This document shows positions 47,719 through 58,438 of a stretch of DNA of 64,000 nt, in pieces; the first letter of the stretch is position 1, and each line of letters starts with the position of its first letter. Under the pieces are notes generated by a model. The model saw only the letters and a program-made list of their open reading frames with translations, searched no databases and had not been told where the DNA came from. Source of the DNA: Candidatus Poribacteria bacterium (GTDB lineage: Bacteria; Poribacteria; WGA-4E; WGA-3G); the NCBI GenBank assembly GCA_028824685.1, contig JAPPCZ010000023.1, positions 257-64,256 on the forward strand, given 5' to 3'. The translations under genes and the position numbers were made by a program.

Positions 47719-48687
47719 TTATTGAACCATCTCAACGACAATGCCGAAGTCTTTTGACTCCGCCTCTTTCAGTACCGCTGATGCTGCGACTGCATCTTGC
47801 ACTGCCACGCCTACCGATTTGAAAAACGTGATTTCGTCATCTGACTGCCTCCCCTGCTTATCACCGTTGACGATTTCTCCGATTTCAGCATCAATATGGG
47901 CATTCGGAATAATCAGGTCCCCCGCCTCCTCTAAACAGGCTTCACGTGAATCTACCACAATTCGGTTTGTGCGTCTGATTGTTGTTGTATCAACTTCCCG
48001 TTTTTCTGGCACAAACGTGCCGACTGCTGTGATATGTGTTCCCGATTGTAAGTCATTGCCATCAAAAAGTGGAGTTGACGATGTTGTCGCACAAATAACA
48101 ATATCAGCATCCGCTACGACCTCTTGCGGCGTAGGAGCGAGATTGACTTCAGGGGCATCTGTCCACTCCGAAATCTCAGCGGCAAGTTGCTGTGCGGAGG
48201 CTTGTGTGCGACTGATGAGGCTGACATGTTCTATGCCTCTAACTGCCATCACTGCCCGCAACTGGGCCCGTGCTTGTACACCTGCGCCGAACAATCCAAC
48301 TTTTTTTGCGTCCTTTCGTGCAAGCAGATCGGATGCCACACCACCACCTGCCCCTGTTCGGATAGCAGTAAGACTGGCACCGTCCATAAATGCTTTTGGC
48401 GATCCTGTCTCTGGGTCAAGCACTAAGACTGTTGCGGTAATGCGAGGTAAGTTGAGATTCGGATTATCGTCATAAACGGAGACGACTTTGATGCCGAATT
48501 CACTACGTTCTGGGAGATAGGCGGGCATGATGAGCGTAACGCCTTTGTCGGTAGAGATATGTTGTCGTGGCGGGGCAATCGCCTTGCCTGCTGAAAGTTG
48601 ACTGTAGGCGTGCCGCATCGCATCAATTGCTTTGGGCATGGGTAAGGCTGCGCGAACATCTGCGGCAGAAAGAATTCTGATGGTCAT
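47719..48687 (-). CDS. ornithine cyclodeaminase/mu-crystallin family protein
   Basis: MTIRILSAADVRAALPMPKAIDAMRHAY... N-terminus and a Rossmann segment (VGLFGAGVQARAQL) typical of the OCD/mu-crystallin family. An alternative TTG start lies at 48708. Confidence 0.65.
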   Translation of the reverse strand: MTIRILSAADVRAALPMPKAIDAMRHAYSQLSAGKAIAPPRQHISTDKGVTLIMPAYLPERSEFGIKVVSVYDDNPNLNLPRITATVLVLDPETGSPKAFMDGASLTAIRTGAGGGVASDLLARKDAKKVGLFGAGVQARAQLRAVMAVRGIEHVSLISRTQASAQQLAAEISEWTDAPEVNLAPTPQEVVADADIVICATTSSTPLFDGNDLQSGTHITAVGTFVPEKREVDTTTIRRTNRIVVDSREACLEEAGDLIIPNAHIDAEIGEIVNGDKQGRQSDDEITFFKSVGVAVQDAVAASAVLKEAESKDFGIVVEMVQ

Positions 48688-48691
48688 AAAA

Positions 48692-49837
48692 TCATTCCAC
48701 TTGCACAACCGCTTCGCCTAAAACGTCCATATCAGGTATAATACCTAAACCGGGTTGCTCTGAGGCTGCCATTCTTCCATTGACTCGCTGTGGTGCGCCT
48801 TCCGCTGTGCTGACGGTGACATAACTGTTGAAATCGGTTGCTGTAAACAGAAATTCTGTCGGTGTGCTGTGAGCGAGATGAGCAATCGCGGCAGTTGTAA
48901 TGTCTCCACCCCAGCTATCTTCAATCGTCATTGCAACGCCAAGTTCAACGCAGAGATCTCTCGCTAATTTCGCTTTAGTCAACCCGCCGAATTTGCTAAT
49001 CTTTATGTTCACAACATCCATTGCTCTATCAGCATGACCGCGTAATAACGCATGAATGCTATCAATCGTCTCATCAAGAACGAAGGGGTGATCAGTTCGT
49101 TCGCGAATAGCAAGACATTCTTCATAAGAGAGGCAAGGCTGTTCAATGTAGACATCCACATCACGCACGCCTCGGACGACGCGGGCAGCCTCGTGCATCA
49201 ACCAACCCGTATTTGCATCCGCAATAAGCACATCCCCCGGTTCCATCAATTCGGAGACAGCATGAATACGTTCAATGTCAGTGTTTGGATCGCCGCCAAC
49301 TTTCAACTGGAATTTGCGATACCCTTCCGCGCGATAGATTGCCACTTTTTCTGCCATCTCATCGGGAGATTGTTGGGAAATCGCACGATAGAGCATGAAA
49401 TCCTCACCATATCTGCCGCCGAGAAGGGTACATACTGATTGATCTGAAACCTTGCCGAGAATATCCCAACACGCGATGTCAATTCCAGTTTTTACATAAG
49501 GATGTCCTTTAAGCACTGTATCCATAAGTTGGTTGAGCGGAAGAAGTTGTGACGGGTCTTCGCCAATAAGGTGTGGTGCAAGTTCAGTAATGCCAGCGCG
49601 AACACCTTCTGCATAAGCAGGGAGATAGAACGGTCCCAGCGGACAAACTTCACCGTAACCAGTGATACCTTCATCTGTTTCAACAGCAACAATTGTGCTA
49701 TCAAAAACGGATACAGATTTTCCACCCGACCAGTTGTAACTGCCTTCGTGAAGTGGAAGGTCAACTTGATATGCTTTTATACTACGAATTTTCACATAAA
49801 CTCCAAACGCAAAAACAGGTAAGGGTTTCAACTCCAA
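48692..49837 (-). CDS. enolase-superfamily enzyme (MR/MLE subgroup), possibly an amino-acid or hydroxyproline dehydratase/epimerase
   Basis: [35 protein letters not shown]. These are the KxK and metal-ligand motifs of the enolase superfamily. Confidence 0.65.
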   Translation of the reverse strand: MELKPLPVFAFGVYVKIRSIKAYQVDLPLHEGSYNWSGGKSVSVFDSTIVAVETDEGITGYGEVCPLGPFYLPAYAEGVRAGITELAPHLIGEDPSQLLPLNQLMDTVLKGHPYVKTGIDIACWDILGKVSDQSVCTLLGGRYGEDFMLYRAISQQSPDEMAEKVAIYRAEGYRKFQLKVGGDPNTDIERIHAVSELMEPGDVLIADANTGWLMHEAARVVRGVRDVDVYIEQPCLSYEECLAIRERTDHPFVLDETIDSIHALLRGHADRAMDVVNIKISKFGGLTKAKLARDLCVELGVAMTIEDSWGGDITTAAIAHLAHSTPTEFLFTATDFNSYVTVSTAEGAPQRVNGRMAASEQPGLGIIPDMDVLGEAVVQVE

Positions 49838-49945
49838 TAGAACTTTTATACTATCATCCGATTATAAATTCTGGAGAATGATTTACTAATGATAATGGTA
49901 TCCGCCACCAGACTTGCCAACTCATAGAGGGATGCAACGTAAAAA

Positions 49946-50500
49946 TCACACCTTGAGGATTAATTTGTTTCCAACTGACTTGCTTACTTGTTCCCATTGG
50001 GATGGGGTGAGTTGGTGAAGATATCTACCTTCTACGTATACTATTTGATAGATATGATGTCTACCGCTATCATCATCTACTTTGCGATAAGATATAGATA
50101 AAAAATTGGCCCTATCGGTATTTAGGTATTCCGTCATATCTTCAAAGTTCCCTTCAAATCGCCCTAACCGATGTCCTGATAACACCAAATGTGGTTTCTT
50201 TTCATCACCAGCTTTTATCTGTTTTATTTCCCCAGATTTGATGTGTAACGGATAGACTACACCATTCACCCGAACTCGGATATCTGCTTGATCATCGTGC
50301 CCGCCTTCCTGCCAAGTGGCATGATGACCGGCAGTGCTATCTGATTGAATGGATTTAAATACAAGTTCCTTTAATTTCCATCTCGAACAACGACCTCCAT
50401 CAAATAACTCATGATATTTTTTTAAGTTATGTTGAAATGTCTGTTTCATTCCATTTGTCAATTGATACACCTTCAAACTCCTATAAGCACGATGTATCAT
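49946..50500 (-). CDS. hypothetical protein in RM island (candidate restriction endonuclease or accessory protein)
   Basis: 184-aa ORF immediately downstream of the DNA methyltransferase. No recognisable family. AT-rich. Confidence 0.3.
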   Translation of the reverse strand: MIHRAYRSLKVYQLTNGMKQTFQHNLKKYHELFDGGRCSRWKLKELVFKSIQSDSTAGHHATWQEGGHDDQADIRVRVNGVVYPLHIKSGEIKQIKAGDEKKPHLVLSGHRLGRFEGNFEDMTEYLNTDRANFLSISYRKVDDDSGRHHIYQIVYVEGRYLHQLTPSQWEQVSKSVGNKLILKV

Positions 50501-50531
50501 AGATTTGAAAATCTATGATTTTGTAGCATAA

Positions 50532-51461
50532 TTATCGTTCAAAAAGTTTTGTTTGTCTATTGTTATCTGTATCACGAAATTTACCCACATTCTTGCCTTT
50601 TGATTTGCGTTCCTTAAAGGTCATCTCTACTTGATGCAACCCAAGTTCTTCTTGGATTTTAGACATCTCACTGTGAGCATTAGCTAATCTGTCGATCGTC
50701 ATTTTCATATATTCTTCGCTTCTGTCAATGCCAATGTATTTATGTCCTAAAAGTTTTGCAGCAACAGCAGTAGTACCGCTGCCAATATAGGGATCTAACA
50801 CAATGCCTTGTGTCTCTGTATCTAAAATTGATATAATTACGCGTGCTGGTAACCAGAGCGGAAATGGTGCTGGATGCGGATTATTTTTCCCATTTTCAGG
50901 AACACCGCGCCATATAGATGTCAACTTGGCATCGCAGGATCTCAATTCTTTGCCAATTAATTTGTTTCCTATAGGCTTATACAGCCAATAAATACGCTCT
51001 TCTACTTGCCAAAACCGCCAACCCCTTATGTTTCCTGCGATCATTCTGTCCCAAATGATTTCTTGTTTCACCGTCCATTCAGTTTTACGCAACCAGTCCA
51101 TCGGATGATACATGTTGCCTCTATCCCATCGAACTTTGTGATTATAAAAAAAAGAACCTCCTGGTGCAGTTATACGGTAAATCTCATTCAGTACATCTAC
51201 TTGGTGCTGCTGATATTCAGGTTCTGGGACAGCATCTTTGTAGACATCATAAACCACGTTTTTGACAAGCCAACCTTTATGCTTCTCTTGCTTGTTATAT
51301 GGCGGTGAAGTGACGCCAACATTGACGACATCATCATCTATTTTACCGAGAACGCTAAGGGTATCGCCTTCAATGAGTTTGCCTTCTCCAAGCATGTCTG
51401 CCGTAATCTGCTTATGCTCCAGTGAATTGTCTTTAATAAGATGCTGATCAGCGATATTCAT
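50532..51461 (-). CDS. DNA methyltransferase (N4-cytosine/N6-adenine class, SPPY motif IV)
   Basis: GVTSPPY (motif IV; the S-P-P-Y form is typical of N4-cytosine MTases). LDPYIGSGTTAVAAKLLGHKYIGID (motif I, AdoMet binding). Confidence 0.8.
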   Translation of the reverse strand: MNIADQHLIKDNSLEHKQITADMLGEGKLIEGDTLSVLGKIDDDVVNVGVTSPPYNKQEKHKGWLVKNVVYDVYKDAVPEPEYQQHQVDVLNEIYRITAPGGSFFYNHKVRWDRGNMYHPMDWLRKTEWTVKQEIIWDRMIAGNIRGWRFWQVEERIYWLYKPIGNKLIGKELRSCDAKLTSIWRGVPENGKNNPHPAPFPLWLPARVIISILDTETQGIVLDPYIGSGTTAVAAKLLGHKYIGIDRSEEYMKMTIDRLANAHSEMSKIQEELGLHQVEMTFKERKSKGKNVGKFRDTDNNRQTKLFER

Positions 51462-52126
51462 TTTCCATTCTTCTCCAAATAATTGAACACGGGGCCTGTT
51501 ATGTAGGGTTTTGCTTTGATGAGTTCCTGTATAGGCGCGATATGAATTATTTTCAAACTTTCTACATCTTTGTAATGCTTAAATGTAAATTTTACGCTCC
51601 GCTTGTATTCACCAGCCTTTCTACCAGAGGGAAATTGGCGTTTAAGTTGTTCTTCCAATCGGAACGTGAAACTTTGTTCGTTGAAATTGAACCCTACTAT
51701 AAAAATGAGGTGTCCATCTACAAATCCACCAATCAGCATTTTAGGGTTTTCTCTTTGGTGTTTTTTAAACCTTTCCAAAGTGTAATCGGTGAAATTACCC
51801 CCACCATTTAATTTCGAGGGACTCTTTGCCGTGGAATCGGTGCGATAATTACGAGGTTTGATTTCACAGTGTTCTGTCTTCCCTGTAAGCGTATTATGCC
51901 TAAAACCGTTATAACCTAACTTTTTGAGGTTAGGCACATATCCAGCGATTAAAGCTACAACTATCTCGCGCATCGTAGAAGAATTTAAATCGTTGAAATA
52001 CATTGTGAGCAGGTCTGTAAGTATCGAAATCAGATTATTTTTAGATTTACCAAGTAGGTTGACGTTAATTTCAGGGTGTTCTTTTGTAGCATAATCTATC
52101 ATAAGTTGTTCAAGGTCTTTGTTCAT
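51458..52126 (-). CDS. hypothetical protein in RM island (candidate cognate restriction endonuclease)
   Basis: 222-aa ORF overlapping the MTase start by 4 nt. Possible PD-(D/E)XK-like E-x-K (TEHCEIKP). No confident family assignment. Confidence 0.3.
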   Translation of the reverse strand: MNKDLEQLMIDYATKEHPEINVNLLGKSKNNLISILTDLLTMYFNDLNSSTMREIVVALIAGYVPNLKKLGYNGFRHNTLTGKTEHCEIKPRNYRTDSTAKSPSKLNGGGNFTDYTLERFKKHQRENPKMLIGGFVDGHLIFIVGFNFNEQSFTFRLEEQLKRQFPSGRKAGEYKRSVKFTFKHYKDVESLKIIHIAPIQELIKAKPYITGPVFNYLEKNGK

Positions 52127-52452
52127 ACAGATTCCTCACTTGAAGTTGTGGTAGGGAACGCAGCAAAAATATCTATTGGTTTCGGTAGAGACCGATTTAG
52201 GCAATCATACTACAAGAATTATAGTCTATCAAGTCAAGGACTACTAATTTCATACAATAATCACATCATATTGCTTTCCTGACTTAATTAGTTCTGGCAA
52301 TATCTTTATTGTGTCGTCAATTATGATAGTGTTAGTGAACGTATCTGCCTTCATGTTTTGTTCCGATTATTTCATTCCGTTTTGTGCGATTTACCAATCA
52401 AATTCATCTCTAAATTGAACGTGTATTCTTTTCAGTGGATACAGTCCAAATA

Positions 52453-53181
52453 TCAGTTACTGCTTGGCACTTGTGCTATGATACGGTCAGCAAGTTTTGA
52501 AAAAGGCAAACTTTGGAGGTAAACGGTGCCTGTGCCTTGCAGGGTCGCCAAGAAAAGTCCTTCACCACCGAAAAACATCGACTTTAAACCTTTGACCATT
52601 TCAATGTCATAATCAACACCAGACGTAAAGGCAACAAGGCAACCTGTATCAATGCGGAACGTATCGTTGACGAGTTCTTTTTTTATAACTGACCCGCCAG
52701 CATGCACAAAAGCCATGCCGTCTCCGAGTAATCGCTGGAGGATAAAACCTTCACCACCGAAAAAACCTGCGCCCAATCTGCGTGAGAAGGCAATGTTGAG
52801 TTCGGTCCCTAAGGCGGCACATAGAAATGCGTCCTTTTGGCAGAGCAGTTCTCCGCCCATTTGAGAAAGATCAATAGGAATAATATGACCGGGATAAGGA
52901 GCAGCGAAAGCCACTCGCCTTTTGTTACTACCCGTATTGGTAAAGTGAGTCAAAAACAGTGATTCACCAGTAAGTGCACGCTTGCCAGCACTAAAGAGTT
53001 TTCCCATTAAACCCTCGTCACCACCGGATCCATCCCCCATTTTTGCTTTAAAGACAATGTCATCCTCCATCCAGTTCATTGCGCCCGCTTCCGCGATAAT
53101 TGTCTCGCCCATGTCAAGTTCTACCTCAACGACTTGCATATCGTTGCCGAATATTTCGTAATCTACTTCGTGGCTTTGCAT
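52453..53181 (-). CDS. AIM24/TIGR00266 family protein
   Basis: [38 protein letters not shown] matches the conserved TIGR00266/DUF124 N-terminus. 242 aa. Confidence 0.65.
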   Translation of the reverse strand: MQSHEVDYEIFGNDMQVVEVELDMGETIIAEAGAMNWMEDDIVFKAKMGDGSGGDEGLMGKLFSAGKRALTGESLFLTHFTNTGSNKRRVAFAAPYPGHIIPIDLSQMGGELLCQKDAFLCAALGTELNIAFSRRLGAGFFGGEGFILQRLLGDGMAFVHAGGSVIKKELVNDTFRIDTGCLVAFTSGVDYDIEMVKGLKSMFFGGEGLFLATLQGTGTVYLQSLPFSKLADRIIAQVPSSN

Positions 53182-53319
53182 TTTTGTTCCTCTCAGTGAT
53201 TTGTTGAATTATGATGCAGCAATAGTTGTGAAAACTACCCAGCCCAATATGTTGTATTTTGTTTGTGCAATTAGAATGATAGCAGGTTTGACTAAAACCT
53301 ACAAGAAAAAGCAGTGCTA

Positions 53320-55230
53320 TCATTCTTCCCAAACTGGTCCAAACAGAAGAATTGTCCCATCCGTGGCACCAGTTGCAAGTATTTTTCCATCAGGACTAAA
53401 CGCAACAGTTCCAACATTACCTATATGCCCAGTAAGTGTTTTTATATGTTTCCCGGTAGCAACTTTCCATAGGTGAATCTCGCTATCCCAGCTTCCACTT
53501 GCAAGTATAGATCCGTCAGGCGTAAACGCCATGCTGATGAATTCAGTAGATCTAACATTACCACGTATATCTGCGAAAAGCGTAGTTTTGTGTTCACCAG
53601 TGGCTGTATCCCATAACCGCGCAGTTTCCTCACTTCCGCTTGCGAGTATTTTCCCATCTGGACTGAACGCTAAACTTGAAACGGTTTTCGTATGTCCGAT
53701 AAGTGTATTTATGTTCTCTCCTGTGATGACATTCCATATCCGCACTGTTTGATCATAACCGCCAGTTGCGAGTGTTTTTCCATTCGGGTTGAACGTCACA
53801 CAACCGATATTTCTCGTATGTCCTTCAAGAATAGTGATTATTTTTCCAGTCGTGACATTCCACAAACGAACTACATTTTCATTGTCACAGAAGCTGGCAA
53901 GTGTTCTATTGTCGGGACTGAACACTACCTCTCTAACTAAGTTTGTATGACCTTTAATCATTTTTTTCTGTCTGCCTGTGGTCGCATTCCACAAACGTAT
54001 TGTTCTGTCGCTGCTGCCGCTTGCTAAAGTGTTCCCATCCGGACTAAACGCCACACTGAGAACTATATCTGTATGCCCTTTGAGAGTCTTTTCATGTTTA
54101 CCTGTTGCGATATCCCAAAAATGAATCTCACCATCCCAATCTGAACTTGCGAGTGTCTTACCGTTCGGATGGATTGCAATACTGAGCACATTTTTTGTAT
54201 ACCCTGTAATTGTCGTTGCATCCCATAACCGAATTGTTCCATCTCGACTTACACTTGCGAGTGTGTTATTATCATGACTGAATGCAACACTTAAGATTAT
54301 CTCCGAATGTCCAGTAAGCGTGATGTTGTGTTTGCCTTTGGCAACATCCCACAAACGTATAGTGTTGTCAGAACTTCCACTCGCAAGCAGTTTACCGTCA
54401 GAAGTGAACGCAATACACATGACGTTGTCTGTATGTCCTTTGAGTGTTTTTTTACGCCTTCCTGTCTTAGCACTCCATAACCGTACTGTATTATCTTTGT
54501 AACCTCCACCACTCGCTATGATGCTACCATCCTGATTGAACGCAAGACCGTTGACGTGCCCCTTGTGTCCTTTCAAGATCGAAATGTTCTGACTTGTTGT
54601 AACATCCCATAGCCGTATTGTTTTATCGTCACTACCAGTCGCAAGAATTTTTCCATCTGGACTGAATGCTACATTCCTGACATAGTCGGTATGTCCATAT
54701 AATGTGTTGATATGTTGTCCTGTTGCAACGTCCCACAACCGCACTGTTTCATCACCTTTCTGAGGTAAACTGCTATGGAGACCATAAGTATATCCACATC
54801 CACTTGCAAGCATATTCCCGTCTGGACTGAATGCTACACTTAACACACTTCCTGTATGCTTGAGGATAGCAACCCGTTTTCTCGTGGAAACATCCCACAA
54901 ATATGCCGTTTTGTCCCAGCTACCACTTGCGATCAGGTTGCCATCAGGGCTGAATGCTACACATTGGACATGTGCGGTGTGTCCAGTGAGCAGAGAAACC
55001 TCTTCGTAGGTTCGCACATCATAAAGCCAAACGCCTATTGAGCCAGCAACCGCGAGCAGGTTGCCATCTGGAGAGAACGCTATCTCATGTGCTTCACCTT
55101 TTCCAAGCCGGGCAAGCGCACCTTCAGGGAGTGCAATTTGAGTGCTGGGTTCATATTCTGCAATACTGGTTGATGAGATGACACTTATGATTATCAGTAA
55201 CGTCAGAAAAGAAAAAAATATTGTTTTCAT
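53320..55230 (-). CDS. secreted WD40 repeat protein (LPEGALARLGKG N-terminal motif family)
   Basis: Signal peptide present, followed by ~14 WD40 blades (GHT..V..VAFSPDG..LASGS.D.TIRLWD). Confidence 0.7.
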   Translation of the reverse strand: MKTIFFSFLTLLIIISVISSTSIAEYEPSTQIALPEGALARLGKGEAHEIAFSPDGNLLAVAGSIGVWLYDVRTYEEVSLLTGHTAHVQCVAFSPDGNLIASGSWDKTAYLWDVSTRKRVAILKHTGSVLSVAFSPDGNMLASGCGYTYGLHSSLPQKGDETVRLWDVATGQHINTLYGHTDYVRNVAFSPDGKILATGSDDKTIRLWDVTTSQNISILKGHKGHVNGLAFNQDGSIIASGGGYKDNTVRLWSAKTGRRKKTLKGHTDNVMCIAFTSDGKLLASGSSDNTIRLWDVAKGKHNITLTGHSEIILSVAFSHDNNTLASVSRDGTIRLWDATTITGYTKNVLSIAIHPNGKTLASSDWDGEIHFWDIATGKHEKTLKGHTDIVLSVAFSPDGNTLASGSSDRTIRLWNATTGRQKKMIKGHTNLVREVVFSPDNRTLASFCDNENVVRLWNVTTGKIITILEGHTRNIGCVTFNPNGKTLATGGYDQTVRIWNVITGENINTLIGHTKTVSSLAFSPDGKILASGSEETARLWDTATGEHKTTLFADIRGNVRSTEFISMAFTPDGSILASGSWDSEIHLWKVATGKHIKTLTGHIGNVGTVAFSPDGKILATGATDGTILLFGPVWEE

Positions 55231-55245
55231 TGTAATTATCCTATG

Positions 55246-56844
55246 TCACTTTTTATTCTTTTTTCCTGCTTCCACAGAAATATTAGCCTGAAAAGCGTTG
55301 ACGTTTCCCTTTCCACTGAACCAAGTGCCTGTCGCACCCAATTGAAAAACTTTACCCTCGTCAAAAGGATATTGTATTTTTCCGCTCTGTCCGGACGGAA
55401 TATCCCATACAGAGGTAAGTGCTTCGGTAGGAATCCCTTTTGTAGGCAATTCGGTTTCACTATCAAACAGGTCAAACGATCCGCCAGATTTGGCACTCCC
55501 CATCCGAATATCAATCATAAGCGTGCCACCATCTTCAAACGCAGTAGTATCTATTATAATAACGTTGTAGTCTTGGTCGCCGTATCTTGGCGCGCGAAGA
55601 ATGTGTAAAACCTCTTGCTCAGGATGTTTTTCATTCAGGACAACGTTTGAACCAGTCAAAAGAGAATCTGATGTATTTTCACCAAATCCAGGGAACTTTG
55701 CATCTAAGGAATCGTTCAGGAATGCAAGGTAACCATCCTCTTCCGTGATACCCCTTCGTGTGCAGTCACCAAAGAAATCATTAAGAGGAAGTTTTCCCAT
55801 CACATCTAATTCCGGGGAGATTACCATGCAATCCACAGGCGAATCTTCTTTCCATCCTTTCATAATCGCTTGTGCTAAGGGATGTGTTCTATTAAACGTT
55901 TTGGATTTACGCTTAGGTCTTTTCACCATGTAGGCTTTCTTTCGAGGGGTCCGTTCTAACTCAACGTTAGAAACCCATGTGTTAATAAAGTTTTCGTTCA
56001 GAAATTCGATAATTCGATCCCAATAGAGGACAACTGCCCTCAAACCTTTGCCGCTTCCTCAGCAAGATTCATCATGTAATGGCCCGTCTATAGAGATAAC
56101 ATGAATTAACTTCATCTGTTCCTCAGCCAACTCCACTGCTTTCTCCGGTGGCACCCAATTTATCTGCGCTATTTCGTAGAAACGAAGTATCAGTGCCTGT
56201 TCCGCTTCTTTCTGTGTTATAGCTTCCGTGAAGTCAGCATTCTGCATTTCGTTTTCTATTCCTGAGCGGAGTTCTATTTGGGGACATAGACCTGCATCTG
56301 TGCTTCTATAAGGTTGATCTTTGTACTTTTTCCAAGTGATATCGAGGTTAACTGTGCCTTCAGGGACGTACATTTTGAAGAAAGTTACTTTATTTTTTCC
56401 CCTGTCAATTATCAGATTTCCTTTGAACTGTGAAGGTGTTAACGTACCATCTGCAAAGTTAAATGCTGCGTGAATCCGAAAGGTGATGTCTGCAAATTTA
56501 TCGTTATATGCGCGGAGACATCCCCACAACCCGCGTGGATCATCAGTATCAATGTCTATTTTTATTAATTTCGGATTTGGATGCAGTTGCCGAAGCAATT
56601 CCGTAACACCGGCTTCTTCAATCTGCCAGCACTCACCTACTGAAACCGGTTCCGGTGGAAGAAAAGACTGGAATACTGATGTTGGATAATCCTTTTCTGG
56701 TTCGGCAACACGCAAGTTGGCCAACGCATCCCACTCTATATGAAAATGGGAAAGCGTATGCTCAATCGGTGCAATGAAACCTTTAACAGATACTATTTCA
56801 TCGTTCTTAAGATTGAGTGTAATCTTGTTTGGTGAGGTTTTCAA
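55246..56844 (-). CDS. cassette 1 of novel two-domain family: A domain (ORF 56059..56844) joined in frame through TGA (56059-56061) to B domain (ORF 55246..56043); candidate selenoprotein with ...DESC-U-GSGKG... junction
   Basis: The A ORF ends HDESC followed by TGA. Five codons later (GSGKG) the B ORF continues in the same frame. The only B 'start' is a TTG. A hairpin lies 18-36 nt downstream of the TGA. Confidence 0.4.
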
Positions 56845-58437
56845 TTATTTATTCTCCTCTACAGAAATTTTTGCGTGAAAAGCGTTTATGCCGCCTACTC
56901 CGCCCCATTGGTCTCCAGTTGCACACAATTTGAAACGTTGACCACGATTAAACTGATAGGCAATTCGCCCAGCTTGATTGGGGAATATACCCCAGAGCTT
57001 GGTAAGTGCATCAAGTGCCTTCTCATATTCATCACTTTCTTGACTGTGCCACTCTGTGGGATCAATTCCTTCTCGCACTTTCTCAGTTGGCAATTTTTTA
57101 TCTCCATCCAGTAAAAAAAATAATCCGATTGCATCATCTCTACCGACTTGGATATCAATAGTAAGTGTACCACCATCTGAAAATGCAGTGGTGTTGATAC
57201 CGACAACTGTGTAATCCTGATGTGCCATTTTCGGAGTGTGAATAGTGTCTAATACCTCTTGCGAAGGTTGTTCAGGTGTAAGGATGATGTCTCCCAAGCC
57301 AGGGCGTTTCCCTTCCAAGGAATCCTTGAGAAATTGCATGTATGCTACAGGTTCATCCTCAGGTCGTTGCAGGTTGTCAAGGAATTCATTGAAGTCAACA
57401 CTTCCCATCAAATCAAAATCGTGTGAGATAACGAAACAGTCTACTGGTGAACCTTTTACCCATCCTTTCATTATAGTTTTTGCTAAGGCGTGGTTTGTAT
57501 TGAAGGTTATTCCTTCCTGCTCACGTCTTCTTGCAATAGGGTCTTGCAAGCTGCCTGTCCGTCCTAATTCTGCGTTTTCCACCCAAGTGTTGATGAAATT
57601 TTCGTTCAGGAATTCAATAATTGCGTTTTTAGAGAGAACACCTGTCCTCAAGATTCTGCCGGTGCCTCAGCACGACTCGTCAAAAAGCGGTCCATCTAAT
57701 GAGACAACATGTATCGGTTTCTGTTGAACAGGAGCCAGTTCAAACGCTTCCACAAGCGATACCCAGTTGATTTTGTGGAACATGTAATAATGTGATATTA
57801 GTGTGCGTTCTGCTTGTTCCTGTGTGATTGATGTTTTGTATTCCACATCAGTAGGATATAAGCCCGCGCAGAGCTGAATCTGTGGGCAATAACCGATCTC
57901 CGCAAAATAGTTCCCATCTTCTTGTTTCCAACCGGCATCAAAGTTCAGTGTTGTTGGTGGAACGAACATTTTGAAAGACACAATTTTCTGCTGAATTCGG
58001 TCTATCACTAAATGCCCTGCAAACTGTGATGGCGTGAATTTGCCCTTCTCCATGATAAATTCTGCGTGAACGCGGAACGCGATTTCAGCGAGTGTATCAT
58101 TGTGAGCACGTAGACATGCCCATATTCCCGTGTATTCCTCATCATCATTTTGCAGTCTCAGTTTTGGATTGGGATAAAGTTGCTTCAGCAACGTTAGCAC
58201 ATTTTCTTCTTTAATCTGCCAGCATTCACCCACCGCAACCGATTCCGATGGGAGAAATGCTTGAAAAACAGATGCAGAATACTGCTTTGCCGGTTCAGCA
58301 ACCCGAAAGTTCGCTAATTCGTCCCACTCCACGTGGAAGTTATATTGCGTGTATTCAATCGGCGCGATGAAGGCTTTGACAGACACTTCTGCATTGCCAT
58401 CAAGGTTAAGTGTGATTTTGTTTCCTAAGGTTTTCAT
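56845..58437 (-). CDS. cassette 2: A domain (57667..58437) joined in frame through TGA (57667-57669) to B domain (56845..57651)
   Basis: The mRNA junction reads ...FDESC UGA GTGRI L(TTG) RTGVLS... The hairpin gaggaca-gg-uguucuc (plus strand 57634-57649) follows the TGA. Confidence 0.4.
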
Positions 58438-58438
58438 T

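Noticed and set aside
47741-48475. 244-aa plus-strand ORF antisense to the ornithine cyclodeaminase gene, along with similar long antisense ORFs inside the WD40, Reg_prop and BlaR1-like genes
   Set aside because: They are fully contained within well-supported genes on the opposite strand, have Ala/Ser/Pro-biased low-complexity translations, and have no start context.
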